Source: Octopus sinensis
Taxonomy: Eukaryota
Direction: 5' to 3'
NCBI RefSeq assembly: GCF_006345805.1
Contig: NC_043012.1
Location: forward strand, 16,120,001-16,184,000
DNA: 64,000 nt
Below are positions 53,379-64,000 of this stretch, piece by piece; position 1 is the first letter of the stretch, and every line of letters begins with the position of its first letter. The position numbers and the translations under genes were made by a program. The notes under the pieces were generated by a model, which worked only from the letters and a program-made list of their open reading frames with translations, was not told where the DNA came from and did not search any database.

Positions 53379-54389
53379 GGGTGTGGTATTTGTCCTGTAC
53401 TTCATAATGGTTAATTTCAATTATTCTGTTTAGAGAAACATAGCAAGTTTCTACTAGGTGTCGAAACTGCGGGTACATTAAGCCTCTGTGCAGAAGGTCA
53501 AAGTCGATTAATAAGTGTTCTAATCTACAAAACGTTTTTCAGTAGATTTTTTTAACAAACACTGAGGCACGATTGTCAAGGGTGTATAGTGCGGAAGAGT
53601 GAGAATGGAACAGAGAGAGCTCCCCATCTATATATTTAAGAGAGTTCTACAAGATTCTAAACCATAAAGTAAAAGGCCATTGCATTTTTGTTATACTACT
53701 TATTTTCATATTGTTTAACAAATATGACGTTCTGGAAACACAAGAAATAAATGAAACAAAATTGACAAAATATTTTAACAGCATAAACATAACAAAAAAG
53801 GTTAATCAAATGTGAATTTTACCTTTTTTTATGTAAAATTACATGAGATAATTCGGTGATAACGAGAGGATATATGAATCCTATTTTTGGAATTGTGATA
53901 TATGAAATATGAGCAGTGACTTTTTACAATCAGAAAATTGAAATTTCACAATTAGGAAATTCAAATTTAGTTATTAGAAAATTTAACATTGATACTGTGT
54001 AATCTTGTATTCTAATCATTTGAGCAATCCTAATCTGTTCTGGTTGTGTTTTAAAATCCTTATTTATATGTTTCAGAGGACAAGAATTCGCATAGAAGCC
54101 GAGTATGCATCATCAGTCAATAGAGAATATCGTCTAGAGAATATCGTCAATAAGGGTAACATTAGCACAATTATTGCTAAAACTGCAATGAATATTATCT
54201 TCTTCATTAATACTTCTAATCTTAGCGCTACAGTAGTTTCAGATAATAATGAACCTTATATTTCTTTTACTCTTCTTCGTCCTCTTCCACTTCCTTATCA
54301 TCAGCTTCATGACTGTCGTCGTCATATCTCAAACAGCAAAAATAAAATGTAAATGAAAGAAGTAAAGAGGCAATAATAAAAATTCGTTC

Positions 54390-55015
54390 TAACTTTGACA
54401 AAAAAATCAGTAATTTTTGTGGGAAAGGTCAAGTTCATTACATCCACTCCAGTACTTGGGCCGTACTTTACTTCATACACCCCTAAAGAATAAAAAGCAA
54501 AGTTGATGATTTGAAAGCTAGAAAAAATGGCACGAGGTATTTTGTCCGTCATGCTGACATTTCTGCCAGCTTATCACGTTACAATTGATTTAAAATTGTG
54601 GCACAATTCCCACAATTTCAAGATGCTGTGTTAGTCGATATTAAATCACAACTAGTACTTATTCTATCGACTGTAAATGGATAAAATCGACCTCGGTGGA
54701 ATTTGAACGTAAAAAGCTAAAACAAATACCATAATTAGATTTTCCGATGCGGTAACTACTATTCCAGTTCAATACCGTGCCAGTGCTAATAATAATAATT
54801 TTTCCTAATTTTCGCTCAAGGACAATAATTTCGAGTGGGATGGAGGGGGGAGGGGATCAATCGAATACATAGATACCAGAGTTTGACTGGTACTTTATTT
54901 TACTGATCAACAAAAGATGAAGGACAAAGTCAGTCTTGGTAGAGTTTGAATTCTGAACGTAATTTCGGACGAAACGCGGATAAGAATTTTGTCATGCGTG
55001 TTAACGGTTCTACAA
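54390..55015 (-). mobile_element. Cluster of about three old SINE family A copies
   Basis: Repeated GACCTCGGTGGAATTTGAAC / GATGAAGGACAAAGTC / TTTCTGCCAGCT motifs. Confidence 0.6.
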
Positions 55016-55021
55016 GTTATA

Positions 55022-55260
55022 AGTCGACTTAATCGGTTTGTCTGTCCTTGTTTGTCCTCTCTGTGTTTAGCCCCTTGTGGGTAGTAAAGAAATAAGTATT
55101 TCGTTTGTTTTTACGTTCTGAGTTCAAATTCCGCTGAGGTCGACTTTGGCTTTCATCCTTTCGGGGTCGATAAATTAAGTACCAGTTGCGTACTTGAGTC
55201 GATCTAATCGACTGGCTCCCTCCCCCCAAATTTCGGGCCTTGTGCCTAGAGTAGAAAAGA
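55022..55260 (+). mobile_element. Permuted/tandem SINE family A (tail followed by a headless body with an alternative tail)
   Basis: 55022-55094 is the A tail; 55095-55260 is the A body ending CCCAAATTTCGGGCCTTGTGCCTAGAGTAGAAAAG. Confidence 0.82.
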
Positions 55261-55900
55261 TTTTACATTCATTTCAAATTTCAACTTCAGACGAGGTAGT
55301 AAGTCTTTAAAGTTGAAATCTTACATTCTGTAGACAGCTTTGTGGGCAAATAGCTTGATTCACACATTGAAATAACCTTTCTCATGATATCTGATTTCAG
55401 TATTGAAGAAACATAGGTGTACACAATCAATCGTGAATGCTCTCCATCAAAACACCTACTCTTAACTTTGACACAACGACAATGATAGCATGAAATGAAC
55501 CAATATATATAAACTAAAACCCATATTGGAACGAAAGTAATCTCCTCGAGATTTAATGGATGCAACTTTGAATGTTTACGAATCTCGTCTGTTACCAATG
55601 TTACTAAAGAACAAATTAAATAAGACAGAGACAAAAATCATGGAAGTGTTACAAAATAAAATCTCTAGAGAATATCGAATCGCGATTTCTCTGTTTATGA
55701 TCTGTCGAAACTAAAACACTCTCTCTTATTTATTAAATAAAATTACCAGAAAAGCAACCAGGAATTCTTTACGAAATTAAATTCTTAGAAAAATAACCAG
55801 CAACTTGCTTGCAATTTATTGCAAATGCACACACAAACACACAAGCACACCCACAAACACACGCACCCCCACAAACACACACACACACACACACACACAC

Positions 55901-55949
<49 letters not shown>

Positions 55950-56389
55950 TCACTCACTCACTCACTCACAAACTCACTCACTCAATCACACATGTATTTT
56001 GGAATACTAAAATCAAAAGCAATGGAAATGCGGAGTTTATACACCAAGCATTGTCGATTCACACCATATTTATTCCAGCTTGTCTACTCTTTGATAATTA
56101 TTTTACCGATCAGAAGAAAGGTGGTCTTCAGTGACTCTTGAATGTCTCTGCGCTTTCCGTCCTTTCTATAGACAGGAAGCCCTGTACTTTCAGGAAAGTA
56201 TTCTAGTGAATTTTTTTCACAATACTAGGAGACAGTTAAGAGGACTAAATTTTATGACATATGCCCTTTTGTTCTTATTTTTCATGATAAGCGTTGTTCT
56301 TTCATTCATTGACTAATCTCTCTTTTAAAAATTGATCCAATATTTCTGCTAGCATATTGTGGTCACTCGTTTATCTTTTAAAGTAAAAA

Positions 56390-56780
56390 ACTTGTATCCT
56401 TACTTGTTTCAACAGAAGGGCTGAGGAAAATTTTCTCTGGTTGTGCCTCTGTACTCTTTCTCAATTTGCTTTATCGCGTATGCTTTCTTTCTGTTATCTA
56501 TCTGTTTACTTCATACATCACTCCAGAATTTTATTCTTCCTTCAGCATATATTTGGTTTTGTACTTAGTGTTGTACTAGTGAGTGTCTAAGAAACCATAA
56601 GAGAATTATGTTTGTTTTAAAACTTGAGATTACATAGAAAGTATCTTGCGTAGGATATGAGCAGTTCCCATGAGCACTATCTTTTGAATTTCTGTCATTT
56701 TGAGGTTTCCTGGTATCTGAGTTAGGTAAAAATCAGCCCTTTTGCTATAATTCCCAGGGCACCTATGACAACAGGTTTTA
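56390..56780 (-). pseudogene. R4/Dong-like (RLE) LINE, C-terminus and 3' UTR
   Basis: PVVIGALGIIAKG..QIPGNLKMTEIQKIVLMGTAHILRKILSM* (stop at 56630-56632). 3' boundary approximate. Confidence 0.8.
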
Positions 56781-56782
56781 TG

Positions 56783-57722
56783 TTAGTTAGTAGTTAGTTA
56801 GTTAATTAGTTAATTTTTTGGCTCAAAATGCAAAAAGCAAGGCCATGTAGGGGGACATGGAGTTATGTACAGGGTGGTGTTCATGTAAAGAGTTCAGGCC
56901 ACTTGTGGTCAAGTGAGACTTTGAACCGAGCGGTCGTCGGAATCTTCACCATCTCGTCTGGCAGCTTATTCCACGGATCCGCAACCCGGACGGAGAAAGC
57001 CCCTCTCCTTCGATTGAGACGAAATCGTCGCAGATAGAGCTTTTCGGAATGACCCCGCAGCCGACGCTCTGGAGCAGGAGTGAAGAACAGCTCTTTTGAG
57101 AGGTTACACTTTCCGCTTATGATGTTGTGAGCAAGAATGAGATCACCACGGCGTCGTCGTTTTTCTAGAGAATAAAGGTCGAGCGTCTTCAGCCTTTCTT
57201 CATAAGACAAATTCTTGAGACCAAGAACCATGCGGGTAGCCAGCTTCTGGACTCTTTCGAGATGCTGAATGTCTTTGAGGAGATAAGGAGAAGAGGCTTG
57301 AATCCCGTACTCCAATATGGGTCTCACCAGCGTGACATAGAGCGGTAGGAATATGGCTGCTGTGAGCATTCCGAATGACCATCGAATCAAGAACAGAACT
57401 CCGCGTGCTTTGTTGGCAGCATGGACGCACTGGGCCGAAGGCGAAAAGGAGGAATCCACCGAGATACCCAGGTCCTTTACCTGATCGGTCCTCTCCGGCA
57501 GCAGACGACCCGGCTCGAAATCAAGTTGACTTGCTGGAGGAGATCCAATAGGCAGATGACAGCACTTTGACACGTTCAGACACAGGTCCCATTCGTTAGA
57601 CCATCTCCAAATTTGGTGGAGGCATCGACGAAGATCCTCTATATCACCGCGAGGAGCGACCAGTTTGACATCGGCAAATAGAAGGGTGTGTTGCGTGAGG
57701 TCGTCGGGCAAGTCATTTATGA
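56783..57722 (-). mobile_element. CR1-clade LINE, 5' truncated (RT C-terminal half, ORF 56881-57747)
   Basis: FINDLP, LFAD(V), KDLGI, LYVTLVRPILEY, LERVQKLATR, SYEERL, RRRRGDLI; (AACT)n tail. Confidence 0.92.
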
Positions 57723-57726
57723 AGTC

Positions 57727-57993
57727 ATTTAAGTATTCAGGTTCCACATTTTGCTGATTTTTATTTCAAGATCTTTATATTTGCTCAGTGTTTGGTACGT
57801 CTTGACAGATACGTTTATATCGATTGGGACAGTCATATCAATGAGGAGGCATGATTTTTGTCAGAAGTCTTTCAATATGATGTCTGGCCTATTCGCGTCT
57901 ATTTTTCTGTCAGTTTGAATGGTGAAGTTCCAGAGGAGTGAGATGTGATCATTATCAAGCTCTGGAGGTGGTTCGTGTTCCCGCCAGTTTTTA
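57727..57993 (-). pseudogene. R4/Dong-like LINE restriction-like endonuclease region
   Basis: WREHEP..LLWNFTIQTDRKIDANRPDIIL..LLIDMTVP..KYKDLEIKISKMWNL (PD-D/ExK type). Abuts (TAA)n. Confidence 0.85.
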
Positions 57994-58008
57994 TCATTAT
58001 TATTATTA

Positions 58009-58069
<61 letters not shown>

Positions 58070-58070
<1 letters not shown>

Positions 58071-58628
58071 GAGTGAGAGAGCAATGCATGCCATCAAAGT
58101 GATACTGGGGTAAAATATACGAAGCCCAGTATACCCATCAGGACTACCCGTCTGATAAGGGTACACCAGCCACATGCATCACAACCATATGTGCGCAACA
58201 TGGTGATCTCATATCAAGATAAACAGCGCATGACCTTGTAGGTGGAGCCCAGTTAGAAGTTTCTTCTGGTAGAGTAACCCATCCTGCTCAAAAGGACCCT
58301 GAATAAAGGTTGTTTAAGGATGATGAACGAACCACCCCTGTTTCCAAAGGTGAATTATCCAAACCTCTAAGAATTTCTTTCAACACATGGCTATGATGCT
58401 CCCTCATTACTTCTGCTCATGATCAGAGATGCACATATCATCAGCCACTAAGGAATATGCTCAACTGGTTAAGGTCAAACAACTGACAAGCAAATCTGTG
58501 GTATTGAGCAGAATATTTGCTGTAGCCCATCTTTTATACCAAGACAAAACAATGTACATGATGACACTTCCAATCAGTTGGGATCAGCAGCCATGAGAGC
58601 CACTGCCTGGTACTGCATTAGGGCATTT
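58070..58628. mobile_element. ~560-bp non-coding interspersed-type element embedded in (TAA)n
   Basis: Complex sequence with sharp borders to (TTA)n and (ATC/ATT)n tracts, between two R4-like relics. No second copy in the window. Confidence 0.45.
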
Positions 58629-58785
58629 ATCATCATCATCATCATCATCATCCTCATCATCATCATTATTATTATCATTATTATTATTATTATTGTTGTT
58701 ATTATTGTTATTATTATTATTATTGTTATTTTTATTGTTATTGTTATTGTTGTTGTTGTTGTTATTATTATTATCATTATTATTA

Positions 58786-58832
<47 letters not shown>

Positions 58833-58843
58833 TATTATTATTA
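58628..58843. repeat. (ATC/ATT/GTT)n trinucleotide tract
   Basis: Direct. Confidence 0.95.
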
Positions 58844-58879
58844 CGCTAGTGCATTTTACTTTAGTCAGCATGTATTTCA

Positions 58880-59805
58880 ATCCTGATGTTTGGCGAGAGC
58901 AGGTCTCCTCAAATCTCAAGTGTCTTTCTTAGGTTTCTCGCAGAATATAGGATGGATACTTTCTGAAGGTCGACAACACGACTTTCAATTACAATTTCTT
59001 TCAATCCCTTAAGTAGCAGTTTGGGTATTGTGCCAAGTGCAACCAATTTACAACTAGAATAATTGTTGCCTTGGTCTTCTACAATCTTCTCAGCTTTCTG
59101 GCTAGGTCTTAGTATTTCTCAATTTTTTTCAATTTCTTTGCTTTCAACTCTGTTATCGGAAGGGAATTGGAAAATCGATTAACTTAGTTGTTTATTTTAT
59201 TCTCTGTGATATTTGGCCTTTTTGCTTCAATAGTAAAATCAATCTTTATGGCGATGTCTCATAAGATCTTGTAATTCTCATTTTATATTACAACTTCTAG
59301 TTCGTGTTCATACCACTTTTCTGTTGTGAAGACGCACTCTCGGCTAACGACCCAATGAGCTCTTTTGCCCAGACAGTCATGTCTGCGCTTGTATTCCTTT
59401 CCTGCTAGCATACTGCGCTCCCTCAAAATGTGATTGATACTTTCGTCTCCTTTCCTGCATATTCAACCTTTGTTTTAAGGATTTTTACTTGACCAGCTAT
59501 AATTTGCGCTTCTGTTTCTCGCTACAAGTTCCCGTCCCACAAGCAAAGCCAGTGACCTTCATTTCCAACATTTCCGGTTTCTTGCAAGAATTGGCCATAT
59601 AGTTCCATTTCTTGCCACTTGTCTATTGTGTTCTTCTTTTTCTCTCTGAATTGCTCTACTCTCTCTGCTACATATTCGGTAGCTGTGGCTGCTGCTGAGA
59701 ATATTCTTTATTTATAATTTTTTCAGACCTAGTACTGCAGTCCGAACTGTGCCATTCGCGTTTAGTAATCCTGTACCACCTTCCTTTCCTAGCCTATAGA
59801 GTCAG
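58880..59805 (-). pseudogene. Second, older R4/Dong-like LINE remnant
   Basis: RKEGGTGL, WQEMELYGQF, ETEAQIIAGQ, C..DESINHIL..YKRRHD, IDFPIPSD..EKIEKY*DLA, VVIGALGTIP. Confidence 0.8.
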
Positions 59806-60045
<240 letters not shown>

Positions 60046-61669
60046 GCTTTCGATTGAGTGCTGCGTGTTTTCTCTCCCTCCATAAATCTTAAACGGATTG
60101 TTGTTTCTTTTCCGTCTGGTTTATCTTTTTCTAAAATTTATGCAGTTCATTTAGTTGAAAAATTAACAACGTCCCTCTTGGACTGGTTGGTTCCTCAAGC
60201 ATTTTGACAGGAATTTTTATTTCGAAGAACATTCTGAATGCATGAATCATTGCAGAGATATTATTTGGCAAGTGAGAGGTAAGAAACGAAGTTCCCATCA
60301 AAAGTCTCTGCTTCACAGAGAAAGATGATGTTCCCGTCCTCGCAGCGTCAGTTGAAGAAACAAGAATGTCAACAAGTAGATGAGATGAGCCAAAACAGAA
60401 AACGACATAATAACAGTGACATGACCAAGAGCAACAACGATACCGAAATACCCTCGCAAACAACAATAACAACTAGAAGTAACTGCAACATTAGCTGCAG
60501 CAATATCATAGTGATACACTGCAACAGTGAAATCAACATTTCCAGTTCCACCGCCATTGTAACGGAGATATATGCCACAACTACAATTATCAACAGACGC
60601 AGCTGCAGCGTCTGAGTCTAGACTCTAGATCATTTGCCCGCGTCCAACATCATGTTTTGGCATCATAGTTGACACCGCTGTCGCCACTAGCATGGTTGCT
60701 GCCACATCTTTTACAAAGATGGCGTAGATGATCGTAAAATATTCACTTCTCGACAAAGTGACGTTCAGATAGAAAGTAAATCTATGATTTTGTGCGATTT
60801 GATCTACTCGTTGATTACTTTTGTTTAATTTATTGAATTTAACATAGTTTTACGTTGTTTCTTTTTTCTCTTTAGCATTACAACTATAACTATTATAGCA
60901 ATGCTGATTATATATATTTTGAAAAATACAAAACAAACTGTGTTTGACATTTAACTTTAACAATTGCAGATTATGATTTGCTTATAAGTAAAGAAAGCAA
61001 CAAAACTCACAAGAGCAATAAAACAAGTTCAATGAAACAGAATATAGTTACAATATCAATCAATCATCAAATTAAAAGTTTCTCATATACTCTTTCGAAT
61101 TAAAACTATTACAACTTCATTTTGTATATGTAGCTTGTCAAAGCATTTTTAAAAGATAAACTGTTATAAAGAGTTTATACAACTAGAAGAGTTTACCTGT
61201 TATGTACTACCAGAGATAGAGCAGAATAGAAAAACACACTCTAAACCAAATTTGCCCAAATTTGTGTAGACAAAAGGTAATTCTGTTCTTATAATAATTT
61301 ATAACTATTCAATAGAAAACTATAATTCTCATGATCCAACGATCGACCACGCATACTGAAGTGCCAGCAAGCTTACTGACCACTCCTGGACACTAAATGG
61401 TACATGCCTACGGTGCAGAATGGCCGTACTATATGAAGGTGATTTCGAATACATCGTAGTATGTAACCATATTAGGTCGACAGATTTAAACATTTATTGG
61501 ACCTAACTTGTCCTAAACATCGATGTGTGTATGTGTACGAGCGCGTGTTTGTGTGTGTGTGTGTTTATTATCTTATGCGCAATCACATACAATACACTCA
61601 TATCTATCTATCTATCTATCTTACTATCTACCGTATATATGTGTGTATACGTATGTATGTATACATATA

Positions 61670-61970
61670 CTAGCAGTATCGCCCGGCGTTGCTCGGGTTT
61701 GTAAGGGAAATAACTATATAAGCATTTTAGAGAGTTACTTCCCTTATATAAACCGAGCAAAAATCATTAAAAATGCGGAAAAATGATGGCAATTTTTTTT
61801 TTAATCGTAGGCTCATCGTTGACGCGCGCTAATACCCAGAAGGGCTCGATATGAATCATGACTATAAGATACCCGCTTTTCGTTAAACTGCACCGCAAAA
61901 TGTGGAAGTAGTTAGGAATCTAAATCGGAGTAGACAGACACACACACAACTTCATTTTTATATATAAAGA
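61670..61970 (-). mobile_element. Non-autonomous Helitron
   Basis: Minus strand begins TC(TTTATATATAAAA) and ends CTAG, with a GC-rich hairpin (61681-61698) ~11 nt from the end. Inserted between A and T, no TSD. Confidence 0.85.
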
Positions 61971-62489
61971 TATATATGTGTGTGTGTGTGTGAGTGTGTG
62001 TGTATGTGTGTGTGTTATGTGAAAGATATGTCAACAGAACATCCAATAGCCTGCAAATAATTAAACAAAGTGTATTTCTTGCATAAATCGGTCTGTATGG
62101 TTACATGATTTCATGGAGATTATTTATGTTATACTCTTGCATCCTAAAGAGAAGTTGATGTGTTTCAGAGCCAAAGCGTTTAACGTAATATTTTACATGT
62201 GTAATTCTCTGCATCAACTTAATATCCGTTATCACTCAATTCCGACTATCTGGTTACTAATGAGCAATAATCTTAGTATCAACGTTTTTAACGCCTCATT
62301 TAACGCCTGTATTATGTGCATCCAGCAGAAAATCAGAGGAAATATCCGGATTTGTATGCTAAAACTACATTCATTCTATAATGATTGCTGAGTGTTGTTA
62401 CCTAGCCTTTTCACGCTTCATTTAATCATTAATCATTTATCTGGTTTTTCTTTTTAGTGATAAATGATTCATTAGGTGTGTGAGAAATT

Positions 62490-62722
62490 GAAGGCGGCGA
62501 GCTGGCAGAAACGTTAGCACGCCAGGCGAAACGCCTAGTGGTATTTCGTCTGCCGTTACGTTCTGAGTTCAAATTCCGCCGAGGTCGACTTTGCCTTTCA
62601 TCCATTCGGGATCGATTAAATAAGTACCAGTTACGCACTGGGGTCGATGTAATCAAATTCATCCGTTTGTCTGTCCTTGTTTTTTCTCCCTGTGTTTAGC
62701 CCCTTGTGGGTAGTAAAGAAAT
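62490..62722 (+). mobile_element. SINE family A, full length
   Basis: Aligns with the 2612 and 38067 copies; degenerate GGTGTGTG-containing TSD. Confidence 0.9.
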
Positions 62723-64000
62723 TGGTGTGTGTGATATATTCTAGTGTGCTAGGGGCTAACGAACGGGGATTTATTCGTACTGTTGGGTTTAACAAATAAT
62801 AAGGATTCAAAACACAAAATCTAGCCGCTGTCTAGGTATAGTATTAGATGTGAATGACAGAGTAAAGCAGTAGTACGACAAATTTAGCACCATCTTCTAT
62901 TTTGCCTAGTTTTGCTAATGAAATATTAGAAATAGTATTCTACACTCTTCTGAATACGTTGGATTTTAGGACAAAAGTCAGTCTAAAGACGTTAAGAGAG
63001 ATCTAACTGAGCTTAGAATTAAATGTTGACTTGAATTCACTTTTACATTTTAATGTGAACAGGATTCGTTGTGTCTATGAATATTGATCGCCTCCTCATA
63101 TTGGTATAATCGAATCACTTAATGTTTAGTATGGCGATATGTTCTGAATAAGAACGTAAAATAACTTATAAATACCGCAGCAATTCTGAGCTTCAAAGAC
63201 ATCTGATTCACAAATGAAAATCAAGCTTCACTGCTGTAATGTGTTCTGTCGTATGAATATAAGAAACTATCAAAGGCTATGAAGCGATGTATATCTGAAA
63301 ATTAGGTATAGTTTAGTTCTAACTTGCTCATGTATAAAGATGACTTGCTATCGTAGAATGTTTTCAAGTAGTTTTAATAATTACTGTTTTGGTCAGAGAA
63401 AAGAAAATATACCTTTGGCAATCACAGAGATATCAGAAACTATGAGACTGAAAGAGAAAAGAAAGGAACAGATATGGACAGGAAGGCAATTTCTGTTTGG
63501 TTTAAATACTGATGGGTCTTTCAATTTTAACATTTTATGTAGTATACTTTCTATTGTTGTAGTATAGAGATTACTTAAATGTGTAAGTATCTTACAAGAG
63601 GCCCGGCTCCTTCCATACTACTACAACTACAAAAGTCATTACAGCATATAAGAAAGAGGTGCGATGAAATATGAATTAAAATAACTAACGACAAGAAAAG
63701 TGCACGTTAGGAAAACAAATAAAAATTGACCAACAAAGACAGAAATGGTTTATTGCAAGTAACTTACGAAGATAAGCGATTATATCATTGAAATACGAGT
63801 ACATATTTCTAAAGCTGGAAAGATTCATTATGGATAGTAAAAGCAGATTTTTCGAATAAAAGAGCTTCGACATTAAAAAATGATGGCTGTATCATATTTG
63901 CTGAAAAGAGATACTAATATCAATTCTTTCAGTTTAAATAAGATAATGTATGCAGCTGGAAAAGAATGCACGAAAGAGTGACAACTTCATATAAACCAAA

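Noticed and set aside
60325-60615. 96-aa Thr/Asn/Ser-rich ORF
   Set aside because: Resembles decayed (AAC)n-type low-complexity sequence; no recognisable domain.

Overview
AT-rich, microsatellite-saturated eukaryotic non-coding DNA. The repeat landscape resembles octopus/cephalopod genomes (from memory of these repeat families; not database-checked). I found no convincing host protein-coding gene, rRNA, true tRNA or CRISPR array, and almost all listed ORFs are microsatellite or antisense artefacts. The window is a transposon graveyard: about 25 tRNA-derived SINE copies from 4 modular families, LINE remnants (Tx1/L1, CR1, RTE, two R4/Dong-like), two Penelope-like fragments (GIY-YIG; RT N-terminal part) with inverted pseudo-LTRs, a deleted Gypsy LTR element, Tc1/mariner relics and a non-autonomous Helitron. 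The most striking hidden signal is about 12 minimal type-I hammerhead-ribozyme motifs from about 8 sequence families. They lie mostly in short elements in or next to (TA)n tracts and show recurrent non-canonical cores (U3-A8 compensatory swap, C4, U6, bulged C). Also notable are SINE head/tail shuffling, a SINE dimer under one TSD, nested insertions and a locally templated patchwork rearrangement.
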